Shown: positions 16,417 through 26,091 of the stretch, in pieces
How the letters are laid out: each line of letters opens with the position of its first letter
Numbering within the stretch: position 1 is the first letter of the stretch
DNA from: Gemmata obscuriglobus
GTDB taxonomy: Bacteria; Planctomycetota; Planctomycetia; Gemmatales; Gemmataceae
NCBI RefSeq assembly: GCF_008065095.1
Contig: NZ_CP042911.1
Coordinates: 2,580,001-2,612,000, forward strand
Length of the DNA stretch: 32,000 bases
Direction: 5' to 3'
Program-made: the position numbers and the translations under genes
The notes under the pieces: generated by a model
Database searches by the model: none
What the model saw: the letters and a program-made list of their open reading frames with translations, nothing else
What the model was told of the DNA's origin: nothing

Positions 16417-19400
16417 TTACTTTTGTGATCGCGCGTCGAGCTTCTGCTGTAGCTCGCGGATCTGATTGTCGACCTCGTTGAACCGCTGCGGCCAGGTGCG
16501 GCTGCGGAGCTTCTTGAGTGTTCCCGTGGCGGCGGCGAACTCTTTGGCCTCGACCTGCGCCGCCCCCAGCTTCAGCAGCCCGGTGGGCTCGAGCGCACGC
16601 AGCTCGGCGACCCGCTTCCAGTGCGCGACGGCGTCGGCCCAGCGGCCCTGTCGCTCGCGCACCTCGGCCAGCCGCGCGTGCCCCTCGGACTCGTTCGGTA
16701 GAGCTTCCACGATCGACGTGTTCGCCCGCTCGGACTCGGCGGGGCGGTCCAGTTGCGCGTACCGGCGGCCGAGTTGTTCGTACAGCTTCGCGTCCCGGCG
16801 CGACACCTCGACCGCGTCCAGCAGCAGTTGCACGGCCTCGGTCTGGAGCCCGATATTGTCGAAACACGTGAGGAGCAACTCGTACGTGTTCGAGTCGGGC
16901 TGTAGCTCGGCCGCGAGTCGCAGGTGCGGGACCGCTCGCGCGTGGTCGTTCTTCTGGATGAACGCCCGGCCCACGGCCTTACGGATCACGGCGCTCTGGA
17001 GCGGCTCCCGGTCGAGCCACGCGAGGTAGCCGGCCAGGTCCGGCGCGCCGGCCAGCACCTCCACGACCGCGGTCAGTGCCCGCTCCCGCTGCTCGTGGTG
17101 CGGACCCCACGTCACCACCGCCCCGCTCGCCATATCGACGGCCTCACGGGTCTTGCCGAGCGCGGCGTAGGCGCGGGCCGCCTCGGAGTAGTACCGCGAC
17201 AACTCAGAGTCGCCGGTGCCGCGGCGGGCGGCGCCGCCCTGGCGCTTCGGGATCAGCTCCTGGTAGTAGGTGACCGCCTGCTCGAAGAGCCGGTTCTCCA
17301 GGCAACTGTACGCGACCGCCGCGAGCGCGCTCTCGGTCCACCGGTCCTTCTCGTGGAAGTGCGTGTCGGTGGCCTTGAGCAGCGCGTGCAGTTCGGCGTG
17401 GCGCCCGGTGCGGAAGTACGCGTGCATCAGCCGGGTGCGGTATGCGAGTTGGTCGGGGCGATCGGCGACCAGTGCGAGTAGCACCGGCACCGACTCCGCG
17501 AACCGCTCCCGGCGGTGCAGGTAGTCCGCCAGTTGCGAGCGGCCGGATTCGCTCAACAGCTTTTGTTCGTAAGCCGCGAGCAACACCGCGACGGCCTTCG
17601 CCTCATGCGGCAGGCCCCAGAAGAGGTACTCGGCGACGTACTCGGCCGCGGCGCCGGAGCCCTTTTGCTCCGCAAGCACCTCCTCCGCGACCCGTGCGAA
17701 CTCGTCGCCCTTGTCGGTCCAGAAGTAGCTGTACCGTTTGTCGTACCCGGTACGGCTGCGGACCGCGCGCGAACGCAGGTCGCGCCGCAGTTCGGCTAGC
17801 ACCAATTTGAGGAGGCGCGGTTCGAGATCGCCGAGCGGCTTCGCCTGCTCCCGCCACCGCGCGAGCGCGTCGCGGAACTGGCTCCAGGTGTTCTGGTCCG
17901 TGTACCGTGCCCATTCGGGTTCCTCGTCGGCGCGGTCCAGAACGAACCGGAGCGCCTCGCGCGGCCCGATCACGTCGCCGAGCGTGCCGGCGATGCTCCC
18001 GAGCGTCGAATAGTGGTTCGTGACCTGCTCGCGGAGCAGCTTCGGCAGCCGGGTGAACGCGCTCGTCCGCAGATCGTCGCTCGCCTGATCGATCTGGAGG
18101 TTGTGCGCGGTGCGGTAGAGCTGCATCAGTCGCCCGATCGTGCCGGACCGGTGGTTCTGATCCGCTTCGGTCAGTTCCGCGAGCAGCTTGGCTTCCAGCG
18201 CCCGATACAGCGTCGCGCCTTCACCCAGCGAGACGGTCCCGCGGTTGCTCAGCGCGGTCTGGTACAGGTCGAACAACTGGTTGGTGAGCCAGCGCTGCTG
18301 TTCCAAATGAACCGGGTGCTTCAGCCGGGTGCGGAGGACGCCTTCGGCCCGGTCGTAGTGCTTGGCATTGGAGTGCATCCACACGAGTGTCGCGATCGCA
18401 TCGTTCGCGGAGTTCGGCAGCACCCCACCACTGGCTTCCTCGAATTCGTCGAGCGCGGCGGAAAGAACATCGATAGCGCCCGGGGTGCGGGCATGCGCGC
18501 TAAGTGCGCTGGCGTACCGGGTCGCGATGTGGAACCGGTCGTAGGAACCCTGCGGGGCGTCGCGGTGGAGCGCTTCGAACTGCCGCAGTTGTTCCGCCGC
18601 GAGCGCCGGTTGCGGGACCGCGCCGAGGTGGGCGAGGAAGTCGGCCATGAGCCGCGGCTCACCCGCCGCCCACTCGCGTTTGAACGCCCGCTGAAGCGCC
18701 GCGAGCGCCGTCTCGGTGTGCGGTCCGGGCTGGTTGTGCAGGTCCGCGGCCCGGCGTTCCACACTCAGTTCCAGCAGATCGAGGGCGCGCTGATCGACCG
18801 GCGTTTTGGCGCTTTTGCGCACCTCGGCGAGGCGTGCGATCAGTTCGTCGGCGACGGCCTCGTCGCGCACCTCGCCCAGCACGCCGCTCATCCCCTGGAG
18901 GAACGGGTACACGCGCTCCGCGGTGTGCCCGACGACGGCGTCGGGCAGCGCCCGAAGCAGACGGAAGTCGCGCGACGCGCCGTAGAACTGCTGCAACTGT
19001 GAAAGGTAATTCTGCGGAGCGGACGACTTCGCGAACAGCACCTTGAAGATTTCAAGCACCTCGGGGGCCAGCGTGGTGGGAAGCGGGCCGCCCGAAACGC
19101 GCCACGGACCAAGGTAGGCGTTCAGCAGTGCGCTGAGCTGGTACTCGTCGGTCGTTTGGTAGACCGCGGTCCGCGCCCGGTCGGCGTCGGCGCGGCGGTT
19201 CTCGGCCGTGTACCACTCGATCAGGCTCCGGTGGGCGGAGGCGGGGAGTTCGTCGGCGCGCTCCACCGCTTCCAGTTGTCGGATCGCGTCCGCAACTTTC
19301 CCGCGTTCGGCGAGCAGGTAGCCGAGCGCGAGGCGCCAGCGGTTCTCGGACTCCGGGCCGGTGGTCCAGCGGACGAGTTCGGCTTCCAGTTCGTTCGAGC

Positions 19401-22400
19401 GGTCGAGGGCGATGTACAACCGGTACTTCTCGCCGCGCCACCGCGGCGCGTCCGGGGCGTCCGCGGTCTGCCGGTCGACGTACTTCACGAGCCGCTCGAC
19501 GAGCGCCGGGTCGGCACCCTTGCGGGCCGCGAGGTGTTCCAGCGTCACGACCGCACGCGCGTGCAGCATTTCGTCGAGCATTGCGGCGAGGTTGTTGCCC
19601 TCGGCCGGGTGCGGTGTGCGCTTCGTCACGGGCCGGGCCACGATCGCCCAGCAGTCGTCGGCCGCGGACTTGAGGTCGCGGTCGAGTTGCACGTCCAGCC
19701 ACACGCGCTCGGCGGTGATCCAGTCCGCGAACGGCTTCGGCTGCTTGGCGGCTTCCTTGCGGAGCCGGTCCGCGAAGCCCGTTCGCGCGGCCTTCCGCGC
19801 CTCTTCCTGCTTCTTGAGTAGCTCCGTGCGGGGCAATTGTTCGGGCTTCTCCACCGCCTTCATGAGCGCCCGGAAGCGGTGTTCCGTGATCACATCCGTG
19901 AGCCGGTGCAGCGCCGCAACCTTGGTGAACAGCACGCCCGCCGGCTCGTCGCCGTCGGACAACGTGTCGAGCAGGGAGAACAGCTCGTCTTCGGCGGCCG
20001 GCGTCCAGTCGCGTTCGAGGAGGGCGTCGAACAGTTGCTGGGCGTACCGGGAGCGGTACCCCTCCGCGGCGGTTTCGAGCTGGCGGCGCCGGAAGTCCAG
20101 CAACCCGCCGCCTTCGAGGGCCGTCAGCGCCCGCGCGACCTGTTGCCCGATCTGGTGCTTGCGGTGCGGTTCCTTCTCGGCCTCCCACCGCTTGCGCAGC
20201 GCCGCGGCGACGGCTTGCCACGTGGCCCCGTCGGTGTCGGCGTGGGGCAAGAGGTAATCGAGCAGGAAAGAGACCCGCGCGAGCGAGAGGGCGTCGATGC
20301 TCCTGACGAATTTCTCCGCGAACTGCTTACGCAGTGCCCGGCCGGTGTCGGTGGAGCCGAACCGCGACAAGTTCAGGATGCTGGCGACGAGGCCGAGTTG
20401 GTCGTCGCGGCGGACGAAGAACGTGGCCACTTCGGCGAGCGGGGCGTTCCACCGTTCGTCCGGCCGGTTCGTGGACAGTTCGTGGCCGCGCCCGAGTGCG
20501 AAGTTGACCGCCGCACCGAGCCGGGCCGCCACCGCGGGGGGCAACTCGCCCTCCTTCTGCGCCTCCCGCATCCATTGCGCGGTCAGGGCTTCCGCCCGTT
20601 CGGACCGGCTGCTCCACACCAGCGCCGACAGGTACCGGGCGTAAGGGCTCTCGCTTTCGGGTGACCCTTCGACCCAGGCGCCGAGGTAGTCGGCGAGGTC
20701 GCGGTACCGACCCTGCTGCCGGAGCAGATGCGCGTACTGCTCGCGGAGCGTGTACTCGTACTGCGGGTGGTCCCACTTGACTTCCGGGGCCAGCACGCGG
20801 TCGAGCCAGGCGTATGCCGCTGCGTAGTCGCCGCTGCCGGCTAGCATCTGAACGTACCGGTACTGCGCGGAGTGGTCGCGCGGGTAATCGGTCGCGATCT
20901 CCTTTGCGAGCACGCGCGCCTGATCGGCCTGGCGGGTCTCTTCGAGTAGCCCGAGGCGCCGGTTGCGCCAGCTCTTCACCGCCCCCAGGTGCGCGGGCTG
21001 CCGCTCGTAGACTTTGAGAAGCCGGTCGTTGAGTGCGAGCCGCTCGTCGGCCTGGAGCATCTGCACCGCGGTGCTGATGAGGTGTTCGGCCAGGGCGTAA
21101 TCGTTGGCCCGGGTGTCCGGGTCGTCGGTCGCGACGAGCGCCGCGGCCTCGGCGAGGAGCCGCTGGCGGAGTTCTTCGTGCCGTCGGGCGGCGAGCAGGA
21201 ACGCGTCTTTGAGCCACCGCACGCCGACCTTTCGGGGTGCGAGCTTCTCCAACTCTTGCAGGTGAGTCGCCGCGCGGTCCCACTGCTGCGTGGCCGCGAA
21301 GTGCAGCGTGAGCACGGCCCGGTCGTCGAAGGTCGCTTTCCCCTCCGCAGCCCGCTTTTTCGCGTCGGTGACCGACGGCAGCGGCGCGCGGAGGAACTGG
21401 ACCTTTGCCCGCCCTTCCAGTTCCCGGGCCAGCGCGCGGGCGAAGTCGGCGTCCGGAACTGCGGTCACCGTTTGCGTCGTCAGGGCGGTGCGGCGCTCGT
21501 CGGCGTTAAGCGTCTCCACCCGTCGCGCCCACCACTGTCCGCCGGCCTCAATGAAATCGCTGAAGCGGGTCTGGCCGGTCACTTTGTTCTTGTGCCGCGA
21601 TTCGACGCTGAGCACCACCCGGTGCTCGGTGTCGATCAGCACGCGGGTTTCGTAATCCGGGTGTTCCGGTTCCTTCAGAACCAGAAGCGCCCGGTCCTTC
21701 GCGATGGTTTCCACCGCGGGGACCATGCGCGCGTAAACGATGTGCAGCGCGGAGAGCGAGTGATCGGTCAGCCCGAGTGACGGTCGCTTCAGGTCGTTCG
21801 GGTGGGAGGGGCGGACGCTGCCGAGCTGGAACCCGGTGACGTACACGCCGCGCTCCTTTGCGTCGCACCACTCGACCGTAACCTGACCGCCGTCCGGTGC
21901 GGTGCGGGCGAGCCACGCGCCGGGCGAAACGAGTTCCGTGCCGCTGCGCCGCCCGCTCAACTCGCCGCGGGAGTCGAACGTGTCGCTCTGGCGGGTGACG
22001 ACGATCCCGCCCTTCAGTTGGGCCAGCTTGTTGGCCCGGAGCAGGCTTTGGGACAGAGCAACGACGGGTGCGGGCCAGAGCGATTTCGGTTCCTTCGGCG
22101 TGTGCGGGATGCTCGTGAGTCGCGGGAAGAGCGTGCCGACCCACGAAAGCGGTGTCGGCCGGACGCGGCGCTCGTAGCGAGAGTACGGGTTCGCATAGTA
22201 CGGCTGTGCGGCTGGTGCACGCCCCTTGAGTTCTAGGAGACCGTCCCGATCGATTGTCGTTCCAGTGGGCATGTCGAGACGGAGCCCGAGCGTCCACGCG
22301 TTGAACGGTGTGTTGGTTTCGAGGCCGTCAGTCAGTCCGTGGTCGCCTGTGATTAATAGATTCCCGCTATACAGCCCCGTTCGGCCATTTTCGCCTAGAA

Positions 22401-25356
22401 GCCTTTTGCCCAAATCTGACGCCATTTGTGAGTAATCGGTCCGTGGACTTATGTCGAAGCCGTCAAAGTAACCGAGAGGGTTTGCTTCGGCATCGTTCAG
22501 CCCACGCAGGACAGGACGTTCACGGTCTTCGAGAAACTTCAGGAAGTGAGGCTCCCTGTCCGCTTTTCCGAATTCTGCGAGTCGACTTCCGTCGGTCGTG
22601 AGGTCATCAACGGCCACCCCGAGCCCTGCGTATGAGTTCATCGAATAGCCAGGCTGATCGACTTCCGTCTGAAAAACGCCTCCCCCCAGGCCCGCCACGT
22701 CATACTGGGCGAAAGCGCGTAGGTCCGGCCGCGGGCGGTGGAACGCGTGCGCGTTTCGTCCCAGTGATTCGAGTTCCGACAGCACGCGGCGGCGCAGCGC
22801 GGTGCGGTACTCGGCCGCGAGCCGCATTTGCTTCTGGCGCAGCTCGAACGCCGCGTTGTCGCGCCCATCGGCAAAGAACCGCTCGCCGTCCCGCATCTGG
22901 AACTGGCGCTTCACCGCGAACCGCTCGCGGTCGGCGTCCGTTTCCAGCACCAGCAGCGACGTGTACGGCGTGATGATGTTGAACTCCTCGCTCAGCGCGA
23001 TCACGTCCTGCCTCACGTTCTCCGTGCGCCCCTGCTCGAGCAGCGCGTCGAGGTGCATCCGCGCCCAGAGGCGCGGGACGAACGAGTTGCCCTGCTCGGC
23101 GTCCTTGAGCGCCACCTTCGATGTGTACCGCACCGGCTTCCCGCCGAGCGTGCCGGTCACGACGATTTCTCCGCTCTGGTCTTTGCCTTCGGGTAGGTAA
23201 CGGCCGAGCAGGATTTGTTGCGTCCCGGCCGGGACGTTGGGCAGCACCTCGGGGTAGACGCGGGCGGTTCGCAACCCGCGGAACTCGACCTTCAGGTCGC
23301 GCAGCGACGGGGCCGCGATCTCCGTGAGCAGGTCGAGCGCCGTGGCCTGCGGGGGCCGGTCCGCGGACACGCGGCGCACCGATCCGCCGCCCAGGCTGCC
23401 GATCGCCTTCAGCGCCGCGGGCTCGTAAGAGCTGCCGAGCGCGACCGCGTGGAAGGTGCCGGTTTTGCCCTCGTAGAGGCGCCGCAACCGCTGGGCGAAC
23501 GCGACCGGGTCCGCGTTGCCGGTCGTGGGGACCGCGTCGCCCAGGTAAACGACGTGCGTCCCGGGCTCGGTCATCTTGAGCGCCGACGCGAACGCCTGAT
23601 CGAGGTCGGTCCACCCGAGCGCCGACCGCTTCTCCAGGAACTGTTGGACCGCGGCGACGTTCGCGGGCGCGGCCGGCACCGGCTTTTCAAACACCCATTC
23701 GCAGCCCACGTCGCACGCGGCGACGTTAACCGTGTCTTTCGGGGTCAGCGCGCCCAGCAGGGCATTCAGAAGGGCGGTCTGGTTCGCGCGCTGGGATTTG
23801 TCCATCGACGCGGAGGTGTCCGCGACGACCAGCAACCGGATCGGCGTGCCTCCGGGAACGAGGGGCCGCTCCCAGTCGGCCGCGGCGCCCGGCGGCGTGA
23901 GCTGCACCATGAAGTACCCGTCGTCGCCGCGGCGGTGCGGCACCACGACCACGTCGGGGCGCCCCGGCTCGACTTCCACCACCGCCTCGAAGTCACGGGT
24001 CGGGGTGTACTCCTGTGCGGCGAATTCGACGCGGCCCGAGTGCTCGGTCGTGCGGACGCGGGCCGGGTGCGTGGGCGAACTTACGCCCTTGAGCGGGGCG
24101 GCGGAGTTGACCGTCACGTCGATCTTGAGTTCGCGCAGCGGGTGCTGCTTCAGCAACTCGCTCTGAAGGGCGTAGCTGTACCGGTAGCGGTTCCCCTGGA
24201 GCGGGAGCACCTGCGTGTAGGTGATCTTGATGCGCTTCTCGGAGCGGCCCGGGATGGGGTACACGCGCGCCTTGAAGATGTTCCCGCCGGCCCACTCCAA
24301 CAGGCCCGGGTCCCGCTTCTCGCGGAGGATCTCTTCGTAGATCTCGCGCGCCCGCTGCTTCTCCACCACATCGGCCTCGACGAGCTTGTCACCGATCCAC
24401 ATGCCGAACCCCGAGATCGAGGCATCCTGCGGCAGTGGGAAGTGGAACACGCCCTCCAGAACGTCCCCGGTGGTGTTGACGAACGATTCCTCAATGGTCG
24501 TCCGCGCGATCTGGTCGCGGATGTCCACGGTGACGTGGTGATACCCGACCGTGAGCGGCACGTTGCGGCCGTCGACCTTGGCGATCAGCGAGCCGACGGA
24601 CTCGGTCGTTGCGGTGCCCCGGAACCCTTGCAGCCAGCGCGGCTCGTGTTCGGTGCGAACGAGCTTCTCCTTTTCGATCCGGAAGAGCTGCCGGGACTTT
24701 ACGGTGACCGTTTGCTTGTCGGGACCGGTTAGTTCCACCGGCGCGGCCTCGGTCGCGCTGACCTCAAGTTCGCCATTGAGGAGGTGGATTTTGTTGGTCG
24801 TGACGAGTTCGACGAGTGAGTGCGGCCCGACGACCAGTTGCGCCGACTTCAGCAACTTCACCGCTGCGGCGTTGGCGCCGCGGGCGTCGGTGCGGACCCA
24901 GTCGCCGGGTTTGAGCATCAGGCCCGCCTGAACCGGCGACCAGCGCTCGGCCTGCACCGGCTTCACCGCGACGACGCCCTGGGCGTCGGCCACCTTGCCG
25001 ATGCGCCCGTCGTCGGTCAGTTTGTCCTCAAAAACGAACTTCTGTTCCCGGGGCGGCGGTTCGGGCGCGGGCTGCTGGGTCGCGATCCAGTACGCGGTGA
25101 CCAGGCCGGCGACCAGCACCGCGGCGGCGGCGGTGGCGATCCAGCGAAGGGAGAACATGGTTTTGGGCTTCGGTTGGTGGTGTGTTGCGGGGGCGGCCGG
25201 TCCGGCCGCCTCGAACGCGGCGCACGATCGCGCGCGCAGTCGGTCCAGGAACGCGCGGTCCACTTCGGGAGCGTCCTTTGCGGTCGCGCCGAGCAGGTCG
25301 GCGAGCGGGTCGTCGGTCGGCCGGGGTTCGGGTTCGTTCACGGTACGCCTCCGCAT
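16417..25356 (-). CDS. Giant (2,979 aa) single-pass membrane protein: short cytoplasmic N-terminus, TM, FecR-like domain, VIT domain, vWA domain (intact MIDAS), about 2,000-aa helical/TPR-like repeat region; putative anti-sigma/sensor
   Basis: Uninterrupted ORF, with ATG 25356 (MRRRTVNEPEP...) chosen as start. TM WIATAAAAVLVAGLVTAYWIA at about nt 25081-25143. FecR-like GVVAVKPVQAERWSPVQAGLMLKPGDWVRTDARGANAAAVKL at about 24664-25002. VIT-like VTVDIRDQIARTTIEESFVNTTGDVLEGVFHFPLPQDASISGFGMWIGDK at about 24184-24570. vWA with DTSAS MIDAS at 23806-23820 (domain about 23359-23844). The C-terminal third has clear TPR-like repeats (AVTYYQELI..., ARAYAALGKTREAVDM..., AELQPDSNTYELLLTCF...). Confidence 0.85.
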   Translation of the reverse strand: MRRRTVNEPEPRPTDDPLADLLGATAKDAPEVDRAFLDRLRARSCAAFEAAGPAAPATHHQPKPKTMFSLRWIATAAAAVLVAGLVTAYWIATQQPAPEPPPREQKFVFEDKLTDDGRIGKVADAQGVVAVKPVQAERWSPVQAGLMLKPGDWVRTDARGANAAAVKLLKSAQLVVGPHSLVELVTTNKIHLLNGELEVSATEAAPVELTGPDKQTVTVKSRQLFRIEKEKLVRTEHEPRWLQGFRGTATTESVGSLIAKVDGRNVPLTVGYHHVTVDIRDQIARTTIEESFVNTTGDVLEGVFHFPLPQDASISGFGMWIGDKLVEADVVEKQRAREIYEEILREKRDPGLLEWAGGNIFKARVYPIPGRSEKRIKITYTQVLPLQGNRYRYSYALQSELLKQHPLRELKIDVTVNSAAPLKGVSSPTHPARVRTTEHSGRVEFAAQEYTPTRDFEAVVEVEPGRPDVVVVPHRRGDDGYFMVQLTPPGAAADWERPLVPGGTPIRLLVVADTSASMDKSQRANQTALLNALLGALTPKDTVNVAACDVGCEWVFEKPVPAAPANVAAVQQFLEKRSALGWTDLDQAFASALKMTEPGTHVVYLGDAVPTTGNADPVAFAQRLRRLYEGKTGTFHAVALGSSYEPAALKAIGSLGGGSVRRVSADRPPQATALDLLTEIAAPSLRDLKVEFRGLRTARVYPEVLPNVPAGTQQILLGRYLPEGKDQSGEIVVTGTLGGKPVRYTSKVALKDAEQGNSFVPRLWARMHLDALLEQGRTENVRQDVIALSEEFNIITPYTSLLVLETDADRERFAVKRQFQMRDGERFFADGRDNAAFELRQKQMRLAAEYRTALRRRVLSELESLGRNAHAFHRPRPDLRAFAQYDVAGLGGGVFQTEVDQPGYSMNSYAGLGVAVDDLTTDGSRLAEFGKADREPHFLKFLEDRERPVLRGLNDAEANPLGYFDGFDISPRTDYSQMASDLGKRLLGENGRTGLYSGNLLITGDHGLTDGLETNTPFNAWTLGLRLDMPTGTTIDRDGLLELKGRAPAAQPYYANPYSRYERRVRPTPLSWVGTLFPRLTSIPHTPKEPKSLWPAPVVALSQSLLRANKLAQLKGGIVVTRQSDTFDSRGELSGRRSGTELVSPGAWLARTAPDGGQVTVEWCDAKERGVYVTGFQLGSVRPSHPNDLKRPSLGLTDHSLSALHIVYARMVPAVETIAKDRALLVLKEPEHPDYETRVLIDTEHRVVLSVESRHKNKVTGQTRFSDFIEAGGQWWARRVETLNADERRTALTTQTVTAVPDADFARALARELEGRAKVQFLRAPLPSVTDAKKRAAEGKATFDDRAVLTLHFAATQQWDRAATHLQELEKLAPRKVGVRWLKDAFLLAARRHEELRQRLLAEAAALVATDDPDTRANDYALAEHLISTAVQMLQADERLALNDRLLKVYERQPAHLGAVKSWRNRRLGLLEETRQADQARVLAKEIATDYPRDHSAQYRYVQMLAGSGDYAAAYAWLDRVLAPEVKWDHPQYEYTLREQYAHLLRQQGRYRDLADYLGAWVEGSPESESPYARYLSALVWSSRSERAEALTAQWMREAQKEGELPPAVAARLGAAVNFALGRGHELSTNRPDERWNAPLAEVATFFVRRDDQLGLVASILNLSRFGSTDTGRALRKQFAEKFVRSIDALSLARVSFLLDYLLPHADTDGATWQAVAAALRKRWEAEKEPHRKHQIGQQVARALTALEGGGLLDFRRRQLETAAEGYRSRYAQQLFDALLERDWTPAAEDELFSLLDTLSDGDEPAGVLFTKVAALHRLTDVITEHRFRALMKAVEKPEQLPRTELLKKQEEARKAARTGFADRLRKEAAKQPKPFADWITAERVWLDVQLDRDLKSAADDCWAIVARPVTKRTPHPAEGNNLAAMLDEMLHARAVVTLEHLAARKGADPALVERLVKYVDRQTADAPDAPRWRGEKYRLYIALDRSNELEAELVRWTTGPESENRWRLALGYLLAERGKVADAIRQLEAVERADELPASAHRSLIEWYTAENRRADADRARTAVYQTTDEYQLSALLNAYLGPWRVSGGPLPTTLAPEVLEIFKVLFAKSSAPQNYLSQLQQFYGASRDFRLLRALPDAVVGHTAERVYPFLQGMSGVLGEVRDEAVADELIARLAEVRKSAKTPVDQRALDLLELSVERRAADLHNQPGPHTETALAALQRAFKREWAAGEPRLMADFLAHLGAVPQPALAAEQLRQFEALHRDAPQGSYDRFHIATRYASALSAHARTPGAIDVLSAALDEFEEASGGVLPNSANDAIATLVWMHSNAKHYDRAEGVLRTRLKHPVHLEQQRWLTNQLFDLYQTALSNRGTVSLGEGATLYRALEAKLLAELTEADQNHRSGTIGRLMQLYRTAHNLQIDQASDDLRTSAFTRLPKLLREQVTNHYSTLGSIAGTLGDVIGPREALRFVLDRADEEPEWARYTDQNTWSQFRDALARWREQAKPLGDLEPRLLKLVLAELRRDLRSRAVRSRTGYDKRYSYFWTDKGDEFARVAEEVLAEQKGSGAAAEYVAEYLFWGLPHEAKAVAVLLAAYEQKLLSESGRSQLADYLHRRERFAESVPVLLALVADRPDQLAYRTRLMHAYFRTGRHAELHALLKATDTHFHEKDRWTESALAAVAYSCLENRLFEQAVTYYQELIPKRQGGAARRGTGDSELSRYYSEAARAYAALGKTREAVDMASGAVVTWGPHHEQRERALTAVVEVLAGAPDLAGYLAWLDREPLQSAVIRKAVGRAFIQKNDHARAVPHLRLAAELQPDSNTYELLLTCFDNIGLQTEAVQLLLDAVEVSRRDAKLYEQLGRRYAQLDRPAESERANTSIVEALPNESEGHARLAEVRERQGRWADAVAHWKRVAELRALEPTGLLKLGAAQVEAKEFAAATGTLKKLRSRTWPQRFNEVDNQIRELQQKLDARSQK

Positions 25357-25961
25357 TGCGGTTCGGCGTCGGTCGAGCTGTGGGAGAGCCGCAGGAAGGC
25401 GGTTCGGAACGCCTCCCGCGCGCGGGCCAGCTTCGAGCGCACGGCCGTTTCGGTCGTCTGGTTGCGGGCGGCGAGCTGTTCGACGGCCACCCCGTCGAGG
25501 TACTTGTCGGTCAGGAGCGTCCCGTACTCGTCGGGGAGTTCCGCGAGTACGAGCCGGACGAGGGCGATCGTTTCGCCGGTTTCGAGCAGGTCCGGGGGCG
25601 GGTCTTCGGACCCGTCGAGCCAGCGGGCGAGGCGGTCGCGGTGCGGTGCGAGCCACCCGTCGGCGCTTTTGAACCGGTCCTGGCGCTTCAGCTTGCGGAA
25701 GTGCAACGCCACCTGGAGCCGGGCGATGCCGCACAACCAGTGCCAGAGCGGCCCGCACGCCGGGTCGTAGGTCCGGGCCGAGCGGGCGGCGGCGAGCATG
25801 GTCTCCTGGACCACGTCGGCGACATCGGCCGAGGAGGGGCCGACGAGTCGCGCGACGAGGCACCAGACGCGCTCCGCGAACGCGTCGTACAGCGCCCGCC
25901 AGGCGTCCGGCCGCCCGTCGCGGAGACCGCGGGCGACCTCGCGCGCGAGGTGTTCGTCCAT
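25338..25961 (-). CDS. ECF-type RNA polymerase sigma factor
   Basis: 207 aa from ATG 25961 (MDEHLAREVARGLRDGRPDAWRALYDAFAERVW...). Region 2 (ADVADVVQETMLAA, YDPACGPLWHWLCGIARL) and region 4 (LPDEYGTLLTDKYLDGVAVEQLAARNQTTETAVRSKLARAREAF). The stop codon overlaps the start of the giant gene by 19 nt. Confidence 0.85.
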   Translation of the reverse strand: MDEHLAREVARGLRDGRPDAWRALYDAFAERVWCLVARLVGPSSADVADVVQETMLAAARSARTYDPACGPLWHWLCGIARLQVALHFRKLKRQDRFKSADGWLAPHRDRLARWLDGSEDPPPDLLETGETIALVRLVLAELPDEYGTLLTDKYLDGVAVEQLAARNQTTETAVRSKLARAREAFRTAFLRLSHSSTDAEPQCGGVP

Positions 25962-26091
25962 AAAGCCGGGTGTCCGCGGGGCTTCCGGTTCGCGCGAGCC
26001 CGCCACCGCACTCGCGTTGGCCCGGGCCGACGCTATCCTATTTGCGCCGAGGGGCGGGAATGTGTCGCGGAATTTGTGGGACTGTGCCCCT

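Noticed and set aside
25357-25863. 169-codon N-terminal extension of the giant ORF (the track lists 16417-25863, 3,148 aa).
   Set aside because: The extension is extremely Arg/Pro-rich (MPRRATRRPLLGRCRRRGPG...). It overlaps, in another frame, the well-formed ECF sigma gene at 25338-25961. It is a high-GC read-through, and ATG 25356 is the credible start.
25962-26091. ECF-type autoregulatory promoter (GGAAC-N16-17-CGTC) upstream of the second sigma gene.
   Set aside because: A CGTC is present on the minus strand (…ggatagcgtcgg…), but no GGAAC-like -35 lies at the correct spacing. The evidence is insufficient to annotate a promoter.
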